Below are positions 40,874 through 50,134 of a stretch of 64,000 bases of DNA, piece after piece. The notes beneath the pieces were generated by a model that was not told where the DNA came from, did no database searches, and was given only the letters and a program-made list of their open reading frames with translations. A program made the translations under genes and the position numbers. The stretch is from an uncultured Aminicenantes bacterium (GTDB lineage: Bacteria > Acidobacteriota > Aminicenantia > UBA2199): NCBI GenBank assembly GCA_965195285.1, contig CBDAFS010000031.1, forward strand, positions 125,262 to 189,261. Reading direction: 5' to 3'. Position 1 is the first letter of the stretch; the number at the start of each line of letters is the position of its first letter.

Positions 40874-41611
40874 TCAAATATGCCTTGGGCATAATTGAAA
40901 TAAGTAACAATTTTCACATCTTGGATTTTTTGGTTTACACCAATTAGCGCCAATTTCGTAACATGATAAATCAAATATACCAGGATATTTGGGATTTAGA
41001 TCTCTTGCTATATATATTATTGTTTCACGTTTGTCATTTTTTTGAGCAAAGCCAATTCGTTTGAATACTCTATCAACATGCCTATCGGGAGATATGTCAA
41101 TTGAGTAACAATCTTTCATGGGTATTTTAAATTCGCGATATAATATGTTTGCTGCCATTGTCGAAATTTTTGGTCCGCTACCATAAAACTCAAGAAATTT
41201 TCTTACTACAGTTGCACTGCTCGGATTCTTTTCCCAGATTTTAGATGCATTCCCATCGTATTTATGTTGAATCTTCTCAATTGCCAAATAAAATATTTTT
41301 GCCATATCCTCATTTAATCGATGAAAAGTATTTGTTTTAAATATTTCTCTAACGTCACTCAGTTTCAATTGATATAAATCTTGTATTTTGAATCCGTTTA
41401 AAATTTTTTTTATTTTATATGGGATTAACCAAGCCCTGTTGGCTCTTATTTGTCGATCCATTAAACATCCAATTACAAATGCATGTGGATATCTCTCTAA
41501 ATCATTCAATAAATTATCAGATTCTTCATTTTTCGTGAATTCAATTTTTTTATAAGGTTGAGAAACCAAATCATGTCCTCTTTTTTTTAGTGTTTGCAAT
41601 AATTTATCCAT
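40874..41611 (-). CDS. HhH-GPD / endonuclease III-related DNA glycosylase with Fe-S loop
   Basis: FYGSGPKISTMAANIL HhH, DRHVDRVFKRIG, C-terminal CKPKNPRCENCYLFQLC; GAGGTG RBS before 41611. Confidence 0.82.
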   Translation of the reverse strand: MDKLLQTLKKRGHDLVSQPYKKIEFTKNEESDNLLNDLERYPHAFVIGCLMDRQIRANRAWLIPYKIKKILNGFKIQDLYQLKLSDVREIFKTNTFHRLNEDMAKIFYLAIEKIQHKYDGNASKIWEKNPSSATVVRKFLEFYGSGPKISTMAANILYREFKIPMKDCYSIDISPDRHVDRVFKRIGFAQKNDKRETIIYIARDLNPKYPGIFDLSCYEIGANWCKPKNPRCENCYLFQLCPRHI

Positions 41612-41654
41612 TTTTTTCACCTCACCACCCAAAACTCATAACTCAACATTAAAC

Positions 41655-41735
41655 TTCTTCCCCTTTTCCCAAATTCAATTTTCGCCAATCAAAAACAAAA
41701 TGTCAAATTGTCAATCACCATCACCCCTGGTTTTT
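41655..41735 (+). repeat. Flank family E: TTCCC..CAAA(A)TT.AATT.TCCGCAAT.AAGAAAAAA.TGTCAAATTGTCAA
   Basis: Diverged copies at about 50194-50267 and 54574-54640. Confidence 0.7.
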
Positions 41736-41843
41736 TTATTTCCCCTCTTTTCAAGTGCATTTTTTGGTGATAAAATCTATTTATCCTTTTTCGGAGTATA
41801 TATCCATATGGGTGGTTTTACCAGAATGTCAAAAGGAGGTCCC

Positions 41844-42449
41844 ATGAGAAAAGGTAAACTTTTGATTTTTGGTATTTTTTTTATCTTTATTACTCTGTCG
41901 AGTGAAATGCCGGGAATGGCACTGCCGGAAAATGAGAACCCAAAAACCATGATTCAGTCTATTCTGGTTATTTGTCCTTTTCCCGAGGTAGAAAAGCGAC
42001 AAATCGTAGAAACCGCATTCGTTAAAGCATTGACCAAGATAACCGGATCAGAAGCGATATATCCCTATATCGGCACCCTGACCCGTGGTGAAGAAATAAC
42101 CCGGGAGGAATTCATAAAGCGGGTAAATGAGAAAAAGATCGAAGCGCTTCTCTTTATCCAGATCAAGGGCATTGCCTCCAACCTGGATAATATGGGCGGG
42201 TCGCCCGATCCTTTCAGCTTGACCAGTACGGCGGATGAACCTCATGGGGGCGTTTACGTTCCCAAAGGCCGGGCGGCCAAAACCTGGTATCAGGCAAACC
42301 TGGTGGATTTCAAGAGTGGAAAATCCCTGTGGAAAAAGGCGACCAAGGTACTGGGCGACATCTGGCTCAGCCTGAACAGCATATCCAAATCAATGGCCAA
42401 GAAAACAGCCAAGCAGTTGAAAAAAACCGGTCTGCTGGTATCCAAATAA
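41844..42449 (+). CDS. Secreted hypothetical protein
   Basis: AAGGAGGT RBS before MRKGKLLIF; signal peptide. Confidence 0.7.
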   Translation: MRKGKLLIFGIFFIFITLSSEMPGMALPENENPKTMIQSILVICPFPEVEKRQIVETAFVKALTKITGSEAIYPYIGTLTRGEEITREEFIKRVNEKKIEALLFIQIKGIASNLDNMGGSPDPFSLTSTADEPHGGVYVPKGRAAKTWYQANLVDFKSGKSLWKKATKVLGDIWLSLNSISKSMAKKTAKQLKKTGLLVSK

Positions 42450-42555
42450 TCTGGAAATATTTCGTTTTAGTTGGGCTGTATTTTCGGGTTATGGTTTTTC
42501 AACTACTTATCTTCTCAAGTTCTTTTTAAAGTTTTACTTTCACTTTAAATCTGAA

Positions 42556-42736
42556 GCAGGCTTTCGCAGCAATCTCCTTCACTACGAGAAGAAAATGATT
42601 AATCATTTTCTTCAGGCGTTCCACTATTTTTCGATATTCGAGAAAAAATGAAAACGCATTTACGTTTACCCAAATTTCACCCCTTGCTTTGGGTGAAATT
42701 CACAAGCCGCTTCGGAGATTGAGTTGCTACGCCTGC
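42556..42736. repeat. Multi-hairpin palindromic element (MITE/REP-like or structured ncRNA)
   Basis: Ends GCAGGC..CAATCTCC and GGAGATTG..GCCTGC pair; internal perfect 26-bp palindrome at 42588-42613 and AATTTCACCC/GGGTGAAATT hairpin. Confidence 0.6.
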
Positions 42737-43027
42737 CCAGTTTTTAAACTTTACCTTAACCTTTGCCTTTACCTGATTTCTTTACCATACACCGCCCCTG
42801 TTTTTTTTGTTTTGAATTTTGATCATTTGGATTTTGTGCTTGTTTCGGATTTAGAATTTCGTGCTTCGGATTTTCTTTTTTCTTACTTCTGTTTAATAGA
42901 GAATCAATACTTCAAAAGACCATCCCCCATTTTTCCAGCGGAAAGCAGGCCCGAATTTTTTTCCACTTAAATTCCGTGATATGGTACAATCGGTTTGGAT
43001 CAAGCAAGATCCATAAAGGAGTGAAAA

Positions 43028-43351
43028 ATGGCCTTCAAAGCCCTCTGTCTCACCCATGCCCCGGATGGAGATCCGGAAAAACACCGGTGCGTTATAGACA
43101 CCGGTTGTTATAAACTGATCACCGTGGTGGTCAGCAACCAGGCCCAGGCCCTGCGGGTGGCCCGGGATACCCACAAAAAAGAGCGTATCCACGCCGTCAT
43201 GCTCTGCCCCGGTTTCACCCACCGGGATACTGCGGAACTGTTCGAGGTCCTGAAAGGGGAGGTGTCGGTCAGCGTCTGCCGGGGCGACGGTCCCGGCAAC
43301 CGGATCGTCCAGCCGGTAATTCAAAGAGAGTATTACGGTCTGCCGGATTAA
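43028..43351 (+). CDS. DUF6506-like small protein
   Basis: APDGDPEKHR...AVMLCPGFTH...VSVCRGDGP; AAGGAG RBS. Confidence 0.65.
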   Translation: MAFKALCLTHAPDGDPEKHRCVIDTGCYKLITVVVSNQAQALRVARDTHKKERIHAVMLCPGFTHRDTAELFEVLKGEVSVSVCRGDGPGNRIVQPVIQREYYGLPD

Positions 43352-43389
43352 CGTACAGGAGTCCCGTCCCCGGTCCCTGGTTTCCCGGT

Positions 43390-44706
43390 TTAAAACTTTT
43401 TTGGAGTAAAGCGGATTTCCAGATTTTTATGAGAAATCGACCCATGCGGTTCTTTTAAATCCAGCGTAAATGGTTCTCCGGCCAGAATTTTTTCTTTGGG
43501 AAATTTAATGCGCAACTTAAAGCTGACCGGCCAGGGTGTTTTTACCCCGGCCTTTTCATTGATTGAAACCATGACCGAGCCCGGTTTCATCTTCACCATG
43601 ATAAACATGTTGATACCTTCTTCTTCCTCTGAAAAATCAAGTTTCTCAGCCTGTACTCCAATTCCCAGTATCCATTCCGGCTTGCCGCCGGGTCTTCCGT
43701 AATGAAGCGTTTCTCCATCGTAAACCGTGAATCGGGTGTCGGTGAAGGTGTCGGTATTTCCATAAACCTTCTTGATTTTCAGCCACTTCAAATAGATCTT
43801 GACATTTTCGGGGTTTTCAGACGATTCAGGATATCCGGCTGTAAAATCCGCTTTCGTCAGTTGGGTCAGCGGAATATCCTTGAAGTATACTGTGGATCGC
43901 CAGCGGTCATTATAACCGCTATTTAAATCCGGATATTTGGGATGGTATTGATAAAAATGTATATGGCAGTCCATATTCCAGAGTAAATAGGGCCGGGTTA
44001 TGATTTCAATTTTTTTACTCTGTTTCTGATAAAGGGCCTCTATTTTGGTTCTGCCCTCTTCCTCAGCTTTGAATTGCACTTTTGCTTTTCCGTTTTCATC
44101 TGTTACAGCGCTGTTGGGTAAAGTCCCCGGGCCCTGTTTTTTAAGGGTAATGGTTTTACCTTTTAACGGACAATTAGCCTGGCTTAGTTTTACAGAAATA
44201 GTTGCACTCTCCTCCGGTTTGATGACGGTTTTATCAGCATTTATATCTATATTGTTTTCATCGATCTCTTCCAGAAAGATGTGGACGGATACCGTGCCAT
44301 AGTAATCTCCTGCTTTCCCTTCGTCATTATTCTGACAGGACTTGACTAGAATGACATCACGGTTTTGATGATCGCCCAGGTCGATTAATTTATCCAGTAA
44401 TACTTTTTTTTCTGACTCGCAAAAAAGAGTGATCTGGATGCGGCTGACCCGGTAGCCCTTTTCTAGTCCGAAGGTCCCTTTATCCCCGATATTCACCTTA
44501 CTCAGTACTGCTTGAACCACCTGCTCGGCTACCGATTCCGGTGCCTTATCAATCTTAAAACCGGAAATCATGCGGTCGCATTGTTTCTTTATCTCTTCTT
44601 CGGACAGGGGATTATCACAAATTGTTCTCCCCTGAATCAAAGTGATTAAAGATAACAAAAATATCAGTAAAAAAAACTTTCTGCCAGATTTAATTATCCA
44701 GATCAT
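43390..44706 (-). CDS. Secreted protein with central Ig-like (Big_1-type) domain
   Basis: Signal peptide; ATISVKL...TITLK...VTDENGKAKVQF. Confidence 0.65.
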   Translation of the reverse strand: MIWIIKSGRKFFLLIFLLSLITLIQGRTICDNPLSEEEIKKQCDRMISGFKIDKAPESVAEQVVQAVLSKVNIGDKGTFGLEKGYRVSRIQITLFCESEKKVLLDKLIDLGDHQNRDVILVKSCQNNDEGKAGDYYGTVSVHIFLEEIDENNIDINADKTVIKPEESATISVKLSQANCPLKGKTITLKKQGPGTLPNSAVTDENGKAKVQFKAEEEGRTKIEALYQKQSKKIEIITRPYLLWNMDCHIHFYQYHPKYPDLNSGYNDRWRSTVYFKDIPLTQLTKADFTAGYPESSENPENVKIYLKWLKIKKVYGNTDTFTDTRFTVYDGETLHYGRPGGKPEWILGIGVQAEKLDFSEEEEGINMFIMVKMKPGSVMVSINEKAGVKTPWPVSFKLRIKFPKEKILAGEPFTLDLKEPHGSISHKNLEIRFTPKKF

Positions 44707-44807
44707 GATCTCCCTCCAAGCACTTTTTCCTGTATTACTTCTTAAAAGATTATATTACAAAGAATTTATGAAATTTTCAAATGCTAAAATGAAAGAACTG
44801 ACCCCGT

Positions 44808-45323
44808 TTATACACCGTCTCCCATACTCTTAAGTATCGTAAGAATCCTTCCGAAGAAGATCCGGTGATAGTCCTGATCAGGATAATTCCTCTGAATCTT
44901 ATCATCCAGAAAATGTTTGGGATCCATGTCCTGCCAGTAGATCTTTTTACATTCCAGAATCAGGTCCGCCTCCTTAAAGGCCGGGGCCTCCACCTTTGTT
45001 GACGGGATGACGGTGAGGCCGGATTCTTTGATCTTATCGCTATTCCGCCCGGACCTGGTGCCCAGAAAATTCACCGCCTCACGGTACTGCTCAGGAAAAG
45101 TGCAGAGGGTGAAGGTGTCATACTTGTTGATAAATTCATAGGTAAACCGGGAGGGCCGTACCACCACCTGTACAAAGGGCCGGTTCCACATCCCCCCCAT
45201 GCTCCCCCAGGCCACGGCCATGGTATTGTAGTGTTCACGGTCCCCGGCGGTCAGTAGAAACCACTTCTTAAGCCATGTATCAACCGGCTGAGTAGTAAAA
45301 TCCAGTACCTTGATCTCTTTCAT
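44808..45323 (-). CDS. Flavin reductase-like FMN-binding protein
   Basis: WFLLTAG..YNTMAVAWG, VRPSRFT, GTRSGR, YHRIFFGRI. Confidence 0.88.
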   Translation of the reverse strand: MKEIKVLDFTTQPVDTWLKKWFLLTAGDREHYNTMAVAWGSMGGMWNRPFVQVVVRPSRFTYEFINKYDTFTLCTFPEQYREAVNFLGTRSGRNSDKIKESGLTVIPSTKVEAPAFKEADLILECKKIYWQDMDPKHFLDDKIQRNYPDQDYHRIFFGRILTILKSMGDGV

Positions 45324-45417
45324 CGTTTTACTCCTTGGTAAAAATATCTTGATCCTTTTTCTGTTGTCTTTAATCTATTTTAAATTTTCAAATTGTAAAG
45401 TACAATCCCCATTTTTT

Positions 45418-45445
45418 TAAAGTCAAGAAGTCAAGCAACGTCCCT
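45418..45445 (+). repeat. Flank family B: TAAAGTCAAGAAGTCAAGCAMCGTCCCT
   Basis: Copy at 48063-48090 differs at one base. Confidence 0.85.
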
Positions 45446-45458
45446 ATTTTCATATAAA

Positions 45459-46451
45459 TTAGAGAATCAATGCTTCAAAAGACCGTCCCCGGTTTTCCGG
45501 TTTTTTATTTAACGCTTCATAAACAGCTTTCGAGATCTGAATGTCCTGAACGGCTACTCCGGTTAGATCTGCAATTGTGATCTGGTCATCCGACAACCTT
45601 TGCAGTTTTTTACTGGCAATCACATTTCCCAGTTCAACAACATCCTCTTTACTGATTACACCGGCTGAAATGGCCTTGAATATTTCTCCCCGGACAAGAC
45701 ACTGGCTAATGCTGTCGGCAGCAATGATGTCAGCTCTTTGAAGAATTTCCGGGTCCAACTCGATTTTTGTCAGGGTATCAGAACCCATTGCAGTGATGTG
45801 TGTTCCTTTTTGAAGTGTTTCCGCTTTTAACAACGGTTTCTTTGAGGGCGTAGCCGTAACGATTAAATTGCAGGAAGAAAGTACTTCATCGGTATTCAAG
45901 GTTGTTTCAATATTAAATCCCTCCGGTTCCATATCCGTTCTATATAAATCCAATTCTTTTTGATTCATTCCCCAGACAATAACATCTTTACATTCTACGA
46001 CAGGCTTTAAGTATTTAAGCTGTAAACGTCCCTGCACACCCGCGCCGACAATACCAATACGGTGAACAGAATCAGGGGCCAGATATTTTGCAGACACTGC
46101 TCCTGCCGCTGCTGTCCGAATCTCCGTCAGGTAGCATTCATCTAATAAAACTGACAGGAGCTCTCCGGATCTCTGGTTAAAAACAAGCATTAATCCGCTG
46201 CCTGTAGGGAGACCGAACTTATGGTTTTCGTAAAAACCGGAAGCGATTTTTATCACATAATAATCATCATTTTTTATGTAGCCATATTTAATGTGAACTT
46301 CGCCGGGGGGATTGTCAAATGTCATTTCTCCTACCGGGGGAACAACAACTTTCCCCTGCGAATAATTGACAAACCCTTCTTCCACCGCTTTAACAACATC
46401 AATATTTTTTAAAGCTCTCTTTATCTGGTTCAATTTATATATTTTAACCAT
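45459..46451 (-). CDS. Ornithine cyclodeaminase / mu-crystallin family protein
   Basis: LTEIRTAAAGA, GAGVQG, HITAMGSD, DLTGVAVQDIQI. Confidence 0.9.
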   Translation of the reverse strand: MVKIYKLNQIKRALKNIDVVKAVEEGFVNYSQGKVVVPPVGEMTFDNPPGEVHIKYGYIKNDDYYVIKIASGFYENHKFGLPTGSGLMLVFNQRSGELLSVLLDECYLTEIRTAAAGAVSAKYLAPDSVHRIGIVGAGVQGRLQLKYLKPVVECKDVIVWGMNQKELDLYRTDMEPEGFNIETTLNTDEVLSSCNLIVTATPSKKPLLKAETLQKGTHITAMGSDTLTKIELDPEILQRADIIAADSISQCLVRGEIFKAISAGVISKEDVVELGNVIASKKLQRLSDDQITIADLTGVAVQDIQISKAVYEALNKKPENRGRSFEALIL

Positions 46452-46562
46452 TAAATACTCCTGTGTGCATTTTGCCTGTTTTGAAAATAAATCAAATACA
46501 AAGAAATATTGCCAGAAAACAGTTAAAATTACAAAGAAAATATTAAAAATGCAACGCCCGTA

Positions 46563-46614
46563 CCCGGGTTTTTGTTGAAGATGAGATGATGGGAGGATGA
46601 GAAGATGAGGGGAA
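46563..46614 (+). repeat. Purine-rich direct repeat of about 50 bp (family F)
   Basis: CCGGGTTTTTGTTGAAGATGAGATGATGGGAGGATGAGAAGATGAGGGGAAA also at 47991-48042. Confidence 0.9.
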
Positions 46615-46680
46615 AAATGTTTTTTTTGTTTTCCTTAACCTTTACCTTTGCCTTTACCTGAGCACCGTCTCCCATTTTCT

Positions 46681-46711
46681 ATAAAGTCATAAAGTAAGGC
46701 ACCGTCCCTCG
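46681..46711 (+). repeat. Flank family C: ATAAAGTCATAAAGTAAGGCACCGTCCCTCG
   Basis: Identical copy at 50858-50888, partial copy at 47930-47950. Confidence 0.88.
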
Positions 46712-46766
46712 GTTTCCGTAACTTTTTTGCTTTTTTATTCGTCTTATACAGAAGAAGGAGTGACTC

Positions 46767-47885
46767 ATGAAAAAATCACTGATATTTATTTTAATTTCCG
46801 GCTTTTTTTTATGTTTCCAATTCCCTGAAGTTATCAATAAGGACAGGCCGTTGAACGGGGAATGGGATTTCAGTCCGGAACTGACATGGGAAGTTGAAGA
46901 GGCGGGGCAGGACCTGTTCGGGGAAATTCAGAACCTGGCCGTTGACAGCAAGCAGAAGGTATTTATCGCTGACTTGAAGCATTCATATATTTTTATTTTT
47001 GATCAGAAGGGCAGGTACCTGAAAAGATTCGGAAAAAAGGGAGAAGGCCCGGGCGAGATACGCGAATATTTTGGAGGAGATCAGCTTCACATAGTGGGCG
47101 ATAAAGTCCTGTTCACCGAACGGACCATGATTCATTATTTCGATACCGATGGAAACTATTTAAAAACCGTTCAGTTTTCCCTGAATTTAAAACCCAGGGC
47201 ATTCATCGATGAACACACCTTCATCTCTGCCCCAGCGACGAACGATAAGCGGTCCAAAGAGCCATCCCAAATAACGGTTTATGATCTCGATACCGGAAAG
47301 CGGACGACCATAGCTTCGTTCAGGCCGTTTGATAAAGCCACCAGCACTGAGGAAAACGGCAGCCGCCAGGTTACGATCGGAATCGTGATCGGGGATATAA
47401 CGCCTCTCATGCTGGTTCATGCCTCAGGTGACCGGATTTATTACGGTATGAACAATACCTACCGGCTTAATATTTCTGATCTGGACAGAAAAAAAATCTT
47501 AAGCTTCAGTATCCCTGATCGGAAGGCGAATCCCGTATCTGATGAATATAAAAAGGAGCTTAAAGCTAGCCTGGGTGAAATACCTGCTAATTTTCTGAAG
47601 AGTATCATCGACGGGCTTCCTTCGCATGCCTCTTTTTTTTCGGCCATCCATGTCGATAAAATAGGTAATATTTATCTCTTTGAATCCGATCCGGACAGCA
47701 GGTCAAGGAAGAGTGTTGACATATTCAATCCCAAAGGTGAATTCATCTACCGGGGAGCTTTTGCGGCCGGGAATGGAGAATCGATCGAAAACATACAAAT
47801 CGGCGATGGGTTTGTTCTTATTGTGAAAGAGGATGAAGAGGGGACGGTCAGTTTGTCGAGGTATTCGGTAAAATTGCCGCAATAA
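46767..47885 (+). CDS. Secreted 6-bladed beta-propeller (NHL-like) protein
   Basis: Signal peptide; IFDQKGRYLKRFGKKGEGPGEI; VDIFNPKGEFI. Confidence 0.85.
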   Translation: MKKSLIFILISGFFLCFQFPEVINKDRPLNGEWDFSPELTWEVEEAGQDLFGEIQNLAVDSKQKVFIADLKHSYIFIFDQKGRYLKRFGKKGEGPGEIREYFGGDQLHIVGDKVLFTERTMIHYFDTDGNYLKTVQFSLNLKPRAFIDEHTFISAPATNDKRSKEPSQITVYDLDTGKRTTIASFRPFDKATSTEENGSRQVTIGIVIGDITPLMLVHASGDRIYYGMNNTYRLNISDLDRKKILSFSIPDRKANPVSDEYKKELKASLGEIPANFLKSIIDGLPSHASFFSAIHVDKIGNIYLFESDPDSRSRKSVDIFNPKGEFIYRGAFAAGNGESIENIQIGDGFVLIVKEDEEGTVSLSRYSVKLPQ

Positions 47886-48237
47886 GGCCAATTTATTGAA
47901 AAAAATGGGAAAAACAAAAACCTTGAATGATAAAGTAATGCACCGTCCCTATTTTTCTTCGAGTAATTGTAATGCTCTGGAATCCTGTCACCGGGTTTTT
48001 GTTGAAGATGAGATGATGGGAGGATGAGAAGATGAGGGGAAAGAAAAATGTCCCCATTTTCATAAAGTCAAGAAGTCAAGCACCGTCCCTCGTTTCTCCG
48101 TCCCTCGTTTCTCTGTTTTGGGCGATATGTTTTTTGAGGATGGTAATGAACTGTTAATCGGCGTCTACCATTTAAAAAAACTCTTTTTGCACCCGATACT
48201 ATGTTTCTTCTTAAATAATAATTCTTTTAAAAAAAAC

Positions 48238-48266
48238 TTGACAATGCATTTTGACTTTGATAACAT
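48238..48266 (+). promoter_or_regulatory. Sigma70-type promoter of the NYN gene
   Basis: TTGACA-17 bp-TAACAT. Confidence 0.65.
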
Positions 48267-48316
48267 AAATGAAATCAACTCCCCATTTTTGTTTTGCAAG
48301 AATGGGTTATTATCTC

Positions 48317-48350
48317 CAGAGGGTTGCTCGTTCAACCCTCTGTTTTATTT
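48317..48350 (+). terminator. Intrinsic terminator-like hairpin in the NYN 5' leader
   Basis: CAGAGGGTTG-ctcgtt-CAACCCTCTG followed by TTTTATTT, just before the ATG. Confidence 0.65.
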
Positions 48351-48358
48351 AGAAATTC

Positions 48359-48976
48359 ATGTCTGAGATAAAAAAAGAAAGAGTAGCAATTTTTATTGAT
48401 GGCAGCAACTTCTATCATAGTCTTAAGGCTTGTATAGGTAATACAAAAATTGATTTTTCAAAATTCTCTAAACTGCTTTCTATAAATAGAGAACTTATTA
48501 GAACTTATTATTATAATGCTCCTGTCGATCAACAAGAGTTGCCTGATATTTATAAAGATCAGCAGAGATTTTTTGATAGCCTCAGAGCTTTACCATATTT
48601 TGTATTAAAGTTAGGTAGGCTTGAGAAGAGAATAATAAAAGTTAATAAAAAAAAGTTAATTGATACTTTTGGAAGTGATACAGCTAAGATAATTATTGAC
48701 AAATGGGGAGATAGTATTGTTACACATGTGGAAAAAGGTGTAGACATCGACCTAGCTACGGATATGTTGAAGCTTGCTTATAATAATGTATATGATACAG
48801 CAATTATAGTAACTGGAGATGGAGATTTTGTATCTGCTGTAAACGGCGTAAAGGATTTGGGTAAGCATGTTGAGAATGCAAATTTTAAGGATAGTAAAGG
48901 ATACCATATTCGTACTGTTTGTGATAAATTCATTCCGCTAGATAAAAATTTCCTTAAATCTTGTTTTAGAAAATAA
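48359..48976 (+). CDS. NYN domain (LabA/DUF88, PIN-like) putative RNase
   Basis: AIFIDGSNFY, EKGVDIDLATDM, IVTGDGDF, GKHVE. Confidence 0.9.
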   Translation: MSEIKKERVAIFIDGSNFYHSLKACIGNTKIDFSKFSKLLSINRELIRTYYYNAPVDQQELPDIYKDQQRFFDSLRALPYFVLKLGRLEKRIIKVNKKKLIDTFGSDTAKIIIDKWGDSIVTHVEKGVDIDLATDMLKLAYNNVYDTAIIVTGDGDFVSAVNGVKDLGKHVENANFKDSKGYHIRTVCDKFIPLDKNFLKSCFRK

Positions 48977-49135
48977 TGGTTATATAGGTGTACTCTGAAT
49001 TAATCTTATTTAATCAATAAAGGTCAAAAGTTGATTTTTTTAAAACGATGATTGTTACTACCTTTAACTAAGACATTACCTAATTTTATTATATATATCT
49101 TGATCCTGATGGACGTCCCTGGTTTTCTTTTTTAA

Positions 49136-50134
49136 TTATTTTTCCTTCGGCGAAGTATCATTATATGATTCCACCATAATTTTATAGTATCCCATTTCAT
49201 TAATTTTTTTGACAAGCATTAAAACTTCGGAATAGGGTAATGATTTAGAGGCTCGTATGGAAATAGCTTGATCCGGTTTCAGTTTCAATTCCTGTTTTAA
49301 CCAGTATTCAATTTTTTCCGTTTTAGATGGAGAACCATCCAGTAGAATCTCACTATTTTCTTTTATGGTGATCACATGCTTTTTTACTTTGGTTTCAGAA
49401 GTTATGTCCCTGTTTAAGGGAGTAATGCGCCGGGCAAACTCTCGAAATTTTTCTATTGCTTCTTTTATTTTGGGATTGGTTGAATATTGCATTACTTTCC
49501 ACACGGCAGTATAGAATTCTGGCATTACATCCTGATCCATTCTTCTCTGCAACTCTTTCAATTCTTCCGGCACTTTACAGGTAATGATTTTACTGAGTTC
49601 AGTATGTTTCTCCTTGAATTTGAAAGTAAGCTCCTTGCTCTGATTTACCATTTCGTCTGTTTTGTTCTGAGTTTTTTTCAGGGAAGTATCCAATTCATTA
49701 ATAGCGGTTTTTATGTCTCTATCACTTTCAGTTTTGTTTATTTCATTTTCAAATGAATCTATAGATTTTCCCAATCCTTCTGATATATTCGAATTTGCTT
49801 TCTCACTTAAAATTTCAATCTCATCTTTCAATGCCTTCATTTCTTCTATGGCTATGAAATATGCTGGTACTTGGTTCACCAGGCAATTAAGTTCCGGAAA
49901 TTTTATTTTTATTTCGGTTATATCCGTTTCCAGATTTTCCATGTTTTTGGTGTACCATTCAAGTGTCGATTTTATGTTCTTGTTTTCATCGTCCTGCAAT
50001 TTTGACGAAAATGATTCGGTTAAGTTGATATACTGACTTATAACTTTTTTGGCGTTGGCGTATTCTCCACCATTGCATTTAATTAACCCCAGTACGATTG
50101 CTGCTAATGTTGAAACCCATAATAATTTTTTCAT
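49136..50134 (-). CDS. Putative lipoprotein: helical body plus C-terminal ExbD/TolR-like periplasmic domain
   Basis: Signal peptide with LIKC; C-terminal ITIKENSEILLDG...ISIRASKSLPYSEVLMLVKKINEMGY. Confidence 0.6.
   Translation of the reverse strand: MKKLLWVSTLAAIVLGLIKCNGGEYANAKKVISQYINLTESFSSKLQDDENKNIKSTLEWYTKNMENLETDITEIKIKFPELNCLVNQVPAYFIAIEEMKALKDEIEILSEKANSNISEGLGKSIDSFENEINKTESDRDIKTAINELDTSLKKTQNKTDEMVNQSKELTFKFKEKHTELSKIITCKVPEELKELQRRMDQDVMPEFYTAVWKVMQYSTNPKIKEAIEKFREFARRITPLNRDITSETKVKKHVITIKENSEILLDGSPSKTEKIEYWLKQELKLKPDQAISIRASKSLPYSEVLMLVKKINEMGYYKIMVESYNDTSPKEK

Noticed and set aside
40650-40910. ORF-track ORFs over motif-rich intergenic DNA (also 42689-42970, 48118-48366, 50049-50369)
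   Set aside because: Low-complexity translations of repeats and AT-rich spacers without coding signals.
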